Origin: an uncultured Anaerolineales bacterium
Lineage (GTDB): Bacteria; Chloroflexota; Anaerolineae; Anaerolineales; UBA4823
DNA length: 64,000 nucleotides
Assembly: GCA_937968125.1 (NCBI GenBank)
Contig: CALBUI010000166.1
Coordinates: forward strand, 2,293-66,292
Direction of reading: 5' to 3'
The notes under the pieces were generated by a model. The model was not told the DNA's origin. It saw only the letters and a program-made list of their open reading frames with translations, and did not search any database. The position numbers and the translations under genes are program-made. This document shows, in pieces, positions 30,239 to 39,090 of this stretch (within the stretch, counting starts at the first letter, position 1; each line of letters begins with the position of its first letter).

Positions 30239-31501
30239 ATGAAAATCTTGAAATACCTTTTGATGCTCGGCGTCCTGTTGGTGGTCATCGCGGGTCTAGC
30301 AGCCTGCGCTGGCAGTGAAGGTCCTCAAGGGGAAACAGGACCAGCAGGCCCACCAGGACCAGAAGGACCCCAGGGTCCACCTGGCCAGGAAGGGCCGGCA
30401 GGACCGGCAGGACCAGAAGGTGAGGCTGCAGCAGCTGGGGCAACTGTAGGCGCTGAATATGTTGGCAGTACGACCTGTGCTGGATGCCACCAGGACATCG
30501 CGGATGTCTTTATGCAGTCAGGTCACGCCTACAAGCTCAACCCAGTCGTGGATGGGCAGCCCCCCGAATACCCCTTCACCGAGGTGACCGAACTCCCAGA
30601 AGGCTACACCTGGGATGATATTCTCTACGTGATCGGCGGCTACAACTGGAAAGCCCGTTTCGTCGATAAAGATGGCTACATCATCACCGATGAACCAGGC
30701 GCCACCGGCAATGAAGAGTATCTCAACCAGTGGAACTTCGCCAACCCCAATGTTGGCAACGAAGCCGGTTGGGCGAAATACCACTCCGGCGAGGCAGAAA
30801 AGCCCTATAACTGCGGCAGCTGCCACACGACCGCCTACAGCCCGAACGGCAACCAGGACGATCTACCGGGGCTGGTGGGCACCTGGTCGGAACCGGGCAT
30901 CATGTGCGAGGAATGCCATGGTCCTGGTGGTCTACATATGCAGAATCCACAGGGAGTCCAGATGGACATCGACCGCGATGGTGAATTGTGCGGTCAATGC
31001 CACCGCCGGGGCGACATCGAATCGGTCAACGCCAGCGGCGGGTTCATCCGGCACCACGAACAGTACGAGGAACTCTTCCAGAGCAAGCACATCACCCTCG
31101 ACTGTGTGATCTGCCACGACCCCCACGAAGGCGTGGTACAGCTGCGCATGGATGAAGAAGTACCGAACACGCGCACCCAGTGCGAGAACTGCCACCTGGA
31201 GCAGACGCAGTTCCAGGACTCGGTGATCCATCCTGGTGCAACAGAGTGCATAGATTGCCACATGCCCCGTATGGTTAAATCCGCGGTAGGCAACGCCGAA
31301 AACTTCACCGGCGATATCCGTACGCACCTGATGCGCATCAACCCAACCCAGATCGAGCAGTTTACTGAAGATGGCAGCGTTTCTCTCTCCGAAATCGGTT
31401 TGAACTTCGCCTGCCGCCACTGCCACGGCGTCACAGCATCGGAACAAACCGATGAAGCACTAATCGAGAAAGCAGTGGATTACCATACACCGACGGAGTA
31501 G
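30239..31501 (+). CDS. octahaem c-type cytochrome lipoprotein with N-terminal collagen-like Gly-X-Y stalk
   Basis: Lipobox LAAC, 13 GXY triplets, and 8 CxxCH (CAGCH, CGSCH, CEECH, CGQCH, CVICH, CENCH, CIDCH, CRHCH). RBS GAGGAGG. Confidence 0.85.
   Translation: MKILKYLLMLGVLLVVIAGLAACAGSEGPQGETGPAGPPGPEGPQGPPGQEGPAGPAGPEGEAAAAGATVGAEYVGSTTCAGCHQDIADVFMQSGHAYKLNPVVDGQPPEYPFTEVTELPEGYTWDDILYVIGGYNWKARFVDKDGYIITDEPGATGNEEYLNQWNFANPNVGNEAGWAKYHSGEAEKPYNCGSCHTTAYSPNGNQDDLPGLVGTWSEPGIMCEECHGPGGLHMQNPQGVQMDIDRDGELCGQCHRRGDIESVNASGGFIRHHEQYEELFQSKHITLDCVICHDPHEGVVQLRMDEEVPNTRTQCENCHLEQTQFQDSVIHPGATECIDCHMPRMVKSAVGNAENFTGDIRTHLMRINPTQIEQFTEDGSVSLSEIGLNFACRHCHGVTASEQTDEALIEKAVDYHTPTE
30311..30427 (+). 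repeat. collagen-like region, 13 uninterrupted Gly-X-Y triplets
   Basis: GSE GPQ GET GPA GPP GPE GPQ GPP GQE GPA GPA GPE GEA, starting two residues after the lipobox Cys. Gly codons are mixed (ggc/ggt/ggg/gga). Confidence 0.85.
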
Positions 31502-31538
31502 TAACACCTTAACAGTTTCATCTTCAGAGACGACACCC

Positions 31539-31568
31539 GAAACGGGCCGGTGATCACCGGCTCGTTTC
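31539..31568 (+). promoter_or_regulatory. intercistronic 15-bp-arm palindrome between the octahaem and NapC-like genes
   Basis: GAAACGGGCCGGTGA / TCACCGGCTCGTTTC with one mismatch and no U-run. Confidence 0.4.
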
Positions 31569-31613
31569 AGTCTCAATTATAATAGTGGTAAATTTCTCAA
31601 GCGGAGTACATTT

Positions 31614-33323
31614 ATGCGTAAATTTTGGCAGAGAATAAGGTCTGGTTTAAGGAGTTTTTTCTTCCCCCCCGAGGGTTCACCCCGCTGGCAGCGCATTTTA
31701 CCGTATGCGGTTCTGGGTGTGCTGACATTGATCGTATTGTCAGGTGCAGTATATGGATGGGAATACACCAACTCCCCCGAGTTCTGCGGCACCGCCTGCC
31801 ACACCATGCCTCCAGAGTTCACCAGCTACTTAACCTCGCCGCATGCGCGCATTGATTGTGTTGACTGCCACATCGGAAAAGGGTTTATCACCACGCGCGT
31901 CACCCGCAAAGCTGGCGATATCCGCCACATCATCGCCACTACCTTCAACACATACGAGTTTCCCATCCGCGCCCACCAGCTTCAGCCAGCCCGCGAGACC
32001 TGCGAAAAATGCCACCTGCCTGAAAAATTTTCGGATGATAGTTTAAGAGAGATTAAGCAATTTTCCCCGGACAAAGACAATACACCTCTCACAACTTACC
32101 TGGTGCTCAAAACCGGCGGCGGTAGCAAGCGCGAAGGGCTTGGGCGCGGCATCCACTGGCATATTGAAAACCAGATCGAATATTTCCCCGCCGATCCGGA
32201 AGAACAGGAAATTCCTTATGTGCGGGTGCTCGAAGATGACCTTACTTACACTGAGTATATCGACATTGAATCAGGAATAGAGCCCGGCGATATCGATCCA
32301 GCAGACCTGGTGGAGATGGACTGCACCACCTGCCATAATCGCATCACCCATCTGGTGAAAACACCTGAGGCGACAGTCGACGAGCTGATGAACCGCGGCA
32401 TCATCGATCCGGAGATTCCCGAAATCCGCCGTATAGCAGTCGAGACTTACAGCCAGATCTATGACACCACCGAGGTCGGCCTGGAGGGGATCTCTGCGAT
32501 CGCCAGTTTCTACCAAACTTATTACCCCGATTATTACGCCGAAAACACGGTTAAGATCGCCAGGACCATCGGAGCACTGCGAGAGGCATACGGCCAGAGC
32601 GTCTATCCCGAGCAAAACTCAGACTGGACCACCCATCCCAATAATATCGGCCATACCGATTCCGCGGGCTGTTTCCGCTGCCACAGTGGACAGCATATGA
32701 ACGCTGATGAGGAAGCCATCCGCCTGGAGTGCAACCTGTGTCATTCCATTCCCGTCGTGGCTGGACCAGGTGACTTTATCTCCGAGATCGAGATCAGCCG
32801 CGGCCCTGAGCCTGACTCGCACAAGAATCCAAACTGGATCACCCTGCACCGGGATGTGTTCGACCCGACCTGCAGCAACTGCCACACCACCGATAATCCT
32901 GGAGGTGTTGACAACACTTCCTTCTGTTCGAACAGCGCCTGCCATGGCAATGTTTGGGAGTATGCAGGGTTCGATGCTCCTGGTTTGCGCGAGGTTTTAC
33001 TCGATCAGTTACCTCCCGAACCGGAGCCTACCGAGCTGCCTGCAGGGGAAGAGATCACCTTCAACAACACAATTGGACCCATGCTTGAGAGTAACTGCGG
33101 CGCCTGCCACAGCACTGCTAACCCGTTAAAAGGCCTCGACCTGACCACCTACGATGGTCTTGGTGAGGGTGGGGAGAGTGGTACTGTGATCATCGCCGGC
33201 GATCCTGAAAACAGTTTGATTGTCATCATCCAAACCAGCGAGGAATCTCACTTCGCCCAGTTGACTTCTGATGAAATTGCCCTCCTGGAGCAGTGGATTG
33301 CGGACGGAGCGCTGGAGGAGTAG
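31614..33323 (+). CDS. membrane-anchored NapC/NirT-like multihaem cytochrome with C-terminal PSCyt1-like cytochrome domain
   Basis: N-terminal TM, then EFCGTACH...SPHARIDCVDCH (NapC/NirT-type). There are 8 CxxCH in total plus one CSNSACH (CX4CH). The C-terminus is CGACH..GLDLTTY..GDPENSL..LEQWIADGA. Confidence 0.8.
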   Translation: MRKFWQRIRSGLRSFFFPPEGSPRWQRILPYAVLGVLTLIVLSGAVYGWEYTNSPEFCGTACHTMPPEFTSYLTSPHARIDCVDCHIGKGFITTRVTRKAGDIRHIIATTFNTYEFPIRAHQLQPARETCEKCHLPEKFSDDSLREIKQFSPDKDNTPLTTYLVLKTGGGSKREGLGRGIHWHIENQIEYFPADPEEQEIPYVRVLEDDLTYTEYIDIESGIEPGDIDPADLVEMDCTTCHNRITHLVKTPEATVDELMNRGIIDPEIPEIRRIAVETYSQIYDTTEVGLEGISAIASFYQTYYPDYYAENTVKIARTIGALREAYGQSVYPEQNSDWTTHPNNIGHTDSAGCFRCHSGQHMNADEEAIRLECNLCHSIPVVAGPGDFISEIEISRGPEPDSHKNPNWITLHRDVFDPTCSNCHTTDNPGGVDNTSFCSNSACHGNVWEYAGFDAPGLREVLLDQLPPEPEPTELPAGEEITFNNTIGPMLESNCGACHSTANPLKGLDLTTYDGLGEGGESGTVIIAGDPENSLIVIIQTSEESHFAQLTSDEIALLEQWIADGALEE

Positions 33324-33426
33324 AATACTAAACAAACTGAACATTAAGATGTAAGTACACCAGCACAAAAGAATACATTTCGTGAGCGATAGTTGGATGA
33401 GTTTATTGGTCCCAAAGGAGGCGCTG

Positions 33427-33915
33427 ATGGAAGAAAAGGAGAAAAACCAGCTCAGTCGACGAAATTTCTTAGCCATTGCTACCGGAGCGATCGGGGCGGT
33501 GATCGGTGTCGTGATGGCGGTACCTGCGGTAGCTTATGTCATCGGCCCTGCTTTGCAGAGGCGCACCGATGAAAATTGGGTCAGGCTTGGATCGACATCG
33601 AAAGTTGAACTAGGAAACCCAACACTTTTTAAAACCATCGTTGAAAACCAAACCGGCTGGATCGTGACCGAGGAGGAGGTTTCGGTCTACGTCGTCACCG
33701 AGGATGGGCGTGAGTATATCGCCCTGTCGAATATCTGCACCCACCTCGGCTGCCGGGTGCGCTGGATTTCCGATCAAGGGCAGTATTTCTGCCCCTGCCA
33801 CAACGCTGCCTTTGACGAACTTGGCCTGGTTGTGACTGGCCCTCCACCGCGACCTCTCGATCGTTACGAGACCAAGGTTGAGGATGATCAACTTTATATC
33901 TTGTTGGGAGGCTGA
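33427..33915 (+). CDS. Rieske [2Fe-2S] subunit of a cytochrome bc-type complex (Tat signal)
   Basis: LSRRNFLAIATGA twin-arginine signal, with CTHLGCRV and CPCHNAAF cluster boxes. RBS AAGGAGG lies 6 nt before ATG 33427. Confidence 0.9.
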   Translation: MEEKEKNQLSRRNFLAIATGAIGAVIGVVMAVPAVAYVIGPALQRRTDENWVRLGSTSKVELGNPTLFKTIVENQTGWIVTEEEVSVYVVTEDGREYIALSNICTHLGCRVRWISDQGQYFCPCHNAAFDELGLVVTGPPPRPLDRYETKVEDDQLYILLGG

Positions 33916-33916
33916 G

Positions 33917-34576
33917 ATGAGTGTAGGCTTTGGCAATTGGCTTGATGAGCGCATCGGTTGGCGCAAGGTTTGGGATGCAATCTTTCTGCGCAAAATCCCG
34001 AAAGTGAATTGGTTATACACCTTGGGCAGCGCGACCCTCTTCGTGGCACTCTTACAGGGCATCACCGGTATCTTGCTGACGATTTATTACGTCCCCACCC
34101 CCGATCATGCTTATGATAGTGTGGTTTTCATCACCACCCAGGTCCCTGGAGGCTGGTTCATCCGCGGTGTGCATTCCTGGGGAGCCAGCGCCATGGTGCT
34201 CCTGTCCGTCTTACACATGGTGCGAGTCATCATGTATGGTGCGTATAAATACCCGCGGGAGGTGACCTGGTTTACCGGCGTGGGTTTACTGCTCGCCACA
34301 ATGGGCTTTGGCTTCACTGGTTATCTTCTACCCTGGGATCAAAAAGCGTATTGGGCGACCATTGTCGGCACTCGCATCGCGGGAGTGGCTCCATTCATCG
34401 GGGAACCGATATTGCGCATCATGCGCGGCGGGGAGGATTTATCCGCAGTCACGCTGGCGCGCTTCTTCGGCACCCATGTCTGGGTGCTGCCGACGATTCT
34501 CTTGCTGTTTCTTGGATTCCACATGTATCTCGTCATCCGCCTCGGTATCAGCGCTGTACCTGGTAAGGAGGAATGA
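33917..34576 (+). CDS. cytochrome b (b6-like N-terminal four-helix subunit)
   Basis: GVHSWGASAMVLLSVLHMVRV and FTGYLLPWDQKAYWAT motifs with conserved His pairs. ATG 33917 follows the Rieske stop with RBS GGGAGG. Confidence 0.9.
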   Translation: MSVGFGNWLDERIGWRKVWDAIFLRKIPKVNWLYTLGSATLFVALLQGITGILLTIYYVPTPDHAYDSVVFITTQVPGGWFIRGVHSWGASAMVLLSVLHMVRVIMYGAYKYPREVTWFTGVGLLLATMGFGFTGYLLPWDQKAYWATIVGTRIAGVAPFIGEPILRIMRGGEDLSAVTLARFFGTHVWVLPTILLLFLGFHMYLVIRLGISAVPGKEE

Positions 34577-36699
34577 CCATGAACGAAAAAGAGCGACAGG
34601 AATACCTGGAGCAGTATAAAAAAGATAAAGAAAAGGGGGTGCCCTTTTTCCCGGATATCCTTTTCAAAGACGCTGTTATCAGCCTGGTGATCTTTATCGC
34701 CCTGGTGGCACTCGCTTATTTCGTCGGCGCACCATTGGAACCGCGCGCCGATCCGGCTGATACCAGCTACACCCCACGCCCGGAGTGGTATTTCTTATTT
34801 TTATTCCAATTGCTGAAGTACTTCCCCGGTTCGCTGGAAGTGATCGGGGTCTTCATCATCCCCTCTGCAGCGATCATCCTCCTGATCGCCTTACCACTGA
34901 TTGATCGATCAGCAAAGCGCCACTTTCTGCGCCGACCGTTTATATTAGGAGCTACGATTTTAAGTGTGATCGGGGTACTCTTCCTAACCATCCAATCTAA
35001 CCGGGAGATACCTCCACCTCTGGAAGTGGTCGGTGGTGACCAGACCGCACTATTGTACACAGAAAATTGCGCCCCCTGTCATGGTCCATCGATGACTGTC
35101 CCGGAAAGTGTCAACTTGCACGAAGTGATCGCCCAAAGCGAGCACGAGGGTATGCCTGCCTGGAGCGGTGATTTAACCTCAGATGAGATCGACGCCCTGG
35201 CTGGCTTTATCATCTCTCCTGCCGGCAGCCAGCTCTTCACCGATAACTGCAGTGAATGCCATGAAGTCGCCGAGCTGGTGGCCAGCAACCCAATCGCCTT
35301 GCGAGAATCGATCCAGCTCGGTTTGGAGTATGAACCTCACGCGGAGTTAGATATCCCTAACTGGAGCACTTCGATCAGCCAGGAGCAGCAAACTACCTTG
35401 CTCAATTTCCTGGTCGCACCGGATGGGCAGCGCCTGTTCGCAACCAATTGCGCTCCCTGCCACGGTCAGTCTGTCGCCTTCGCTGGAGGCGAAGAGCAAC
35501 TGTTGGAGACCATTAGCCAGGGAGGGATGCACCTGGATATGCCGCCCTGGAGAGAAATGCTGGATGATAGCGAGCTGGACTTGCTTGCCCGCTATGTGAC
35601 CGACCCTAACAGTGTTCCCGAAGGAGCGGAAACCTTTCAGGCCAACTGTTCCAGCTGTCATGGCGAGCGCATACCCTCCTCGGAGGATTTGGAGACTGCC
35701 CGTCAGATAATCGCCGAGGGTGGTGGTCATGAGATGATGCCTGTGTGGGGCGAAGTGCTTACTTCAGAACAGCTGGACGCGCTGGTCACCTACACTGTCG
35801 CCGCTGCAGAAGGCACCTCCGTTGAAGTCGGTCAGGAACTCTACAGCCAGAACTGTGCGTTATGTCATGGCGAGTTTGGTGAAGGCGGCCCCAATCCCTC
35901 CCGGGCTGGAGATATCATCTTCCCGATCAGCACCGAAGAATATTTAAAAACAAGGGATGATTTCACGATCCGGTCGATTATCGCACAAGGTCAACCGAAT
36001 TATGGTATGTCTCCCTTTGGTAGTGTTTTCGGAGGACCTTTGGATGATGAAGATATCGACGCTCTTGTAACTTATATTCGATCCTGGGAAGCCAATCCCC
36101 CGGTTGAATTACCACCAGAAATAGTTGTCGAGGTAGACGAAGATACCGTGGCCCTGGATACTGAGCAAATCTATGTTCAGCTTTGCGCACAATGCCATGG
36201 CCTCGAAGGAGAAGGCGGTATTGGACCGTCCTTTGAGGACTCTCAATTCCAGGACACGAGGACCGACACACAGCTCTTGAATGCCATCAATCTTGGACAT
36301 GAGGCAACCTCGATGATCAGTTGGGGCGACGTTCTAAGCGTCGACCAGATTAATGAAATGGTCGCCTTAATCCGGCGGTTTGGATCTCCATCGGTATCAG
36401 GTCTGCCGACACCTGAAGGCGTATCATTTGCTTCAGACGTGATGCCAATTTTCGAAGCTGAATGCGCTGCTTGCCACGGGAATTTCGGAGGTTGGGACGC
36501 AAGTACATATACATCCGTGCTAGGCACAGGAAACAACGCCCCAGTGATCATACCTGGAGATCCAGAAAATAGTCTCCTGGCTCAAAAGATGCTTGGTACG
36601 CATTCCATTGGCGCTATAATGCCGCCAGCTGGATTACTGCCGGAAGATGAGATACAAGTTATCCTTGATTGGATCGAGGAGGGTGCGCTTGATAATTAG
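34573..36699 (+). CDS. cytochrome b C-terminal (subunit IV-like) domain fused to seven c-type cytochrome domains
   Basis: N-terminal PFFPDILFKD...PRPEWYFLFLFQLLKYFPG (PetD/cytb_C) with 3 TM. Then 7 CxxCH (CAPCH, CSECH, CAPCH, CSSCH, CALCH, CAQCH, CAACH), the last in a PSCyt1-like domain. The start is 34573 or 34579. Confidence 0.85.
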   Translation: MTMNEKERQEYLEQYKKDKEKGVPFFPDILFKDAVISLVIFIALVALAYFVGAPLEPRADPADTSYTPRPEWYFLFLFQLLKYFPGSLEVIGVFIIPSAAIILLIALPLIDRSAKRHFLRRPFILGATILSVIGVLFLTIQSNREIPPPLEVVGGDQTALLYTENCAPCHGPSMTVPESVNLHEVIAQSEHEGMPAWSGDLTSDEIDALAGFIISPAGSQLFTDNCSECHEVAELVASNPIALRESIQLGLEYEPHAELDIPNWSTSISQEQQTTLLNFLVAPDGQRLFATNCAPCHGQSVAFAGGEEQLLETISQGGMHLDMPPWREMLDDSELDLLARYVTDPNSVPEGAETFQANCSSCHGERIPSSEDLETARQIIAEGGGHEMMPVWGEVLTSEQLDALVTYTVAAAEGTSVEVGQELYSQNCALCHGEFGEGGPNPSRAGDIIFPISTEEYLKTRDDFTIRSIIAQGQPNYGMSPFGSVFGGPLDDEDIDALVTYIRSWEANPPVELPPEIVVEVDEDTVALDTEQIYVQLCAQCHGLEGEGGIGPSFEDSQFQDTRTDTQLLNAINLGHEATSMISWGDVLSVDQINEMVALIRRFGSPSVSGLPTPEGVSFASDVMPIFEAECAACHGNFGGWDASTYTSVLGTGNNAPVIIPGDPENSLLAQKMLGTHSIGAIMPPAGLLPEDEIQVILDWIEEGALDN

Positions 36700-36783
36700 T
36701 TTACAATAAAATCTGTCGCAATAAATGAAATGTCGAATTATTGGTGATGAGGTTAATTCAACTGAATTACCTTACAAGTAGCT

Positions 36784-38298
36784 GTGGATTCAAAAAAAAG
36801 TTCTGGATTCTGGCCAGTCAAGGCAAATCTGCGCGCTAAGGTCACCCTAGGTGTGGTGGTACCTTTAACTTTGATCCTGGGAACCTTTACCATCATCGAA
36901 GCCTCTCGTCATCGGGAAACCGAAATCTACAACCTGACTATACTGGCATCGCAGTCTGGAAAAGTGATTGAAAGCTCCTTGCGAAACGCGATGCTGGAAT
37001 CCGATTTCTCCGAAGTGCAGAGGATATTAGATGCGGTTGGCGATGGGGGGGAATTCCGGATCGTTTACCTGCTGGATAGCGAAGGAAAAGTAATCTTTGC
37101 CCCGCATGGTGAAGGTGTTGGTAATCGGTTAGATAACAACCACCCCACCTGCCAGGCATGCCATGAATTGCCACCCAAGTCCAGGCCAAGTAGTGTCGTG
37201 GTGACTGAAGAAGATCAACGCGTCTTTCGGAGCATGTACCCCATAAGAAATGCACCGGAATGCATGGCATGCCATGATCCAGAAGAACCAATCATTGGTT
37301 TACTGCTCACGGATATCCCATTTGCGAAGGTAGAATCAGCCTTAACGGCAGATTTACGCGAGAATCTATTGTGGTGGTTAGGAACGATATTTGTAACAAT
37401 TATCGTTGTAAATATCGCCATGAGCAATATCGTAATCAGCCGATTGCAAAAATTAGCCCTGGCTTTAGTAGGTTTTGGTCAAGACCAATTAAGCCTCCGG
37501 CTGCCTGCTGATGATCCCGACGAGATCGGCCAGCTATCAAAAGCCTTTAATAACATGAGCCAACGCATTGAAGATGAGGTAGCTGAAAATCGAGCCCTCT
37601 CAGAGCACCTGTACACGGAGAGCAAACAGCGCGGCGAATTACTCAAACACCTGATCACTGCCCAGGAGGATGAACGCAAACGCCTAGCCCGGGAACTCCA
37701 CGACGACCTTGGCCAAGCTTTGGGTGCGCTTGCTCTGCAAACCGAGGCAATCGAACAGCTCATAGACAAAAATCCAGAGGGTGCCATCAACCAATTGGAC
37801 TTGACCCGAGATCTGATTACCGACACCACAGATCGCATGTATGAACTTATTTTAGCGCTACGTCCCTCCACCCTCGACGATTTAGGGTTAGTAGCTGCGT
37901 TGCAAACCCAAGCTGAGCGATTCCTCAACGGGAGTGGAATTGACTTCGAGTTAAATGCAGATGGCTTAACCGGTCGCCTTGAACCGGAAATGGAGACCAC
38001 CCTGTACCGGATCTACCAGGAAGCACTGAATAACGTCAGACGCCATTCTGGTGCAAAAAAAGTGTCCATCTCCATCTCTATGTCTGATGGCTTTCTCGTG
38101 AGTGAGATTCAGGACGATGGTCGCGGTTTTGATCTGAGCAGATATAATTCCAGCAATGATGATCACCATGCTTGGGGATTGCTAGGCATCAAGGAACGCG
38201 TCAGCCAGTGGGGTGGAGAAGTGGAAATTATCACGAAACCAGGCAGAGGTACCCTCATCCATCTTTGTTTCCCAATCGCGGAGCTTAATGGTGGCTGA
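36784..38298 (+). CDS. sensor histidine kinase with di-haem (2 x CxxCH) periplasmic sensor domain, HAMP, HisKA_3, HATPase
   Basis: TM1 at about aa 20-40. The periplasmic domain has CQACH (37150-37164) and CMACH (37261-37275). TM2 and HAMP follow, then H-box ARELHDDLGQ and an ATPase with GWGLLGIKERV. GTG start. Confidence 0.85.
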   Translation: MDSKKSSGFWPVKANLRAKVTLGVVVPLTLILGTFTIIEASRHRETEIYNLTILASQSGKVIESSLRNAMLESDFSEVQRILDAVGDGGEFRIVYLLDSEGKVIFAPHGEGVGNRLDNNHPTCQACHELPPKSRPSSVVVTEEDQRVFRSMYPIRNAPECMACHDPEEPIIGLLLTDIPFAKVESALTADLRENLLWWLGTIFVTIIVVNIAMSNIVISRLQKLALALVGFGQDQLSLRLPADDPDEIGQLSKAFNNMSQRIEDEVAENRALSEHLYTESKQRGELLKHLITAQEDERKRLARELHDDLGQALGALALQTEAIEQLIDKNPEGAINQLDLTRDLITDTTDRMYELILALRPSTLDDLGLVAALQTQAERFLNGSGIDFELNADGLTGRLEPEMETTLYRIYQEALNNVRRHSGAKKVSISISMSDGFLVSEIQDDGRGFDLSRYNSSNDDHHAWGLLGIKERVSQWGGEVEIITKPGRGTLIHLCFPIAELNGG

Positions 38299-38941
38299 TC
38301 TTATCTCCGTGCTCATAGTCGATGATCATACAATTGTTCGCTCCGGCGTGCGCATGCTGCTGGAAGCCGAATCGGATATCAAGGTTGTTGGCGAAGCCCT
38401 AAATGGCCGAGAAGCTCTTGAATTAGTCGAAACACTCCACCCTGATGTTGTGCTAATGGATATCACTATGCCTGAGATGGATGGGCTAGAAGCTACCATG
38501 CAGCTCAAAACGCGCTTTCCCGATATCAATGTTCTCGTCCTAACCATGCACAGGTCAGATGATTACTTTTTCGAAATGCTCAAAGCAGGAGCCTCTGGAT
38601 ATATTCTCAAGGGGGCCAAGACCAGCGAACTCATTAATGCGGTCCGTATTGTTCAGCGTGGTGAGATCTTCCTGTATCCTTCGATGACTCAAAAACTCGT
38701 CCAAGGATATCTTCAGTTAGCAGATTGGGAAAACGAGGCTGAACCTTCATTGAGTCCTCGTGAAAAAGAGATTTTCCGATTGTTAGCTGAAGGCTATAGC
38801 AACAAGGAGATCGCCGAAAAGCTCGTAATCAGCCCAAGTACTGTCCATTCTCATCGCGGTAATTTAATGGAAAAGCTTGGACTCAATAATCGACGTGAAT
38901 TGATTCAATACGCTAGGAAGCGCGGTCTGATCCAGAATTAA
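38288..38941 (+). CDS. NarL/LuxR-family response regulator
   Basis: ISVLIVDDHT...DVVLMDITMPEMDG receiver and LSPREKEIFRLLAEGYSNKEIAEKLVISPSTV HTH. ATG 38288 overlaps the kinase stop. Confidence 0.9.
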   Translation: MVADLISVLIVDDHTIVRSGVRMLLEAESDIKVVGEALNGREALELVETLHPDVVLMDITMPEMDGLEATMQLKTRFPDINVLVLTMHRSDDYFFEMLKAGASGYILKGAKTSELINAVRIVQRGEIFLYPSMTQKLVQGYLQLADWENEAEPSLSPREKEIFRLLAEGYSNKEIAEKLVISPSTVHSHRGNLMEKLGLNNRRELIQYARKRGLIQN

Positions 38942-38978
38942 TTTATAGTCGGATTACTGTAATATATAGTGCGAGAGT

Positions 38979-39009
38979 AAAACGCCAGATTTTTGGCGTT
39001 TTTTTTTTG
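38979..39009 (+). terminator. rho-independent terminator after the two-component operon
   Basis: Stem AACGCCA / TGGCGTT followed by T9. Confidence 0.7.
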
Positions 39010-39090
39010 TAATTTGGCAATTTCAATGATTCACAAACGTGTGATATTTCACTAATATTCTATTAAGGTTTCAGGCGAGAAATTGGAGAC

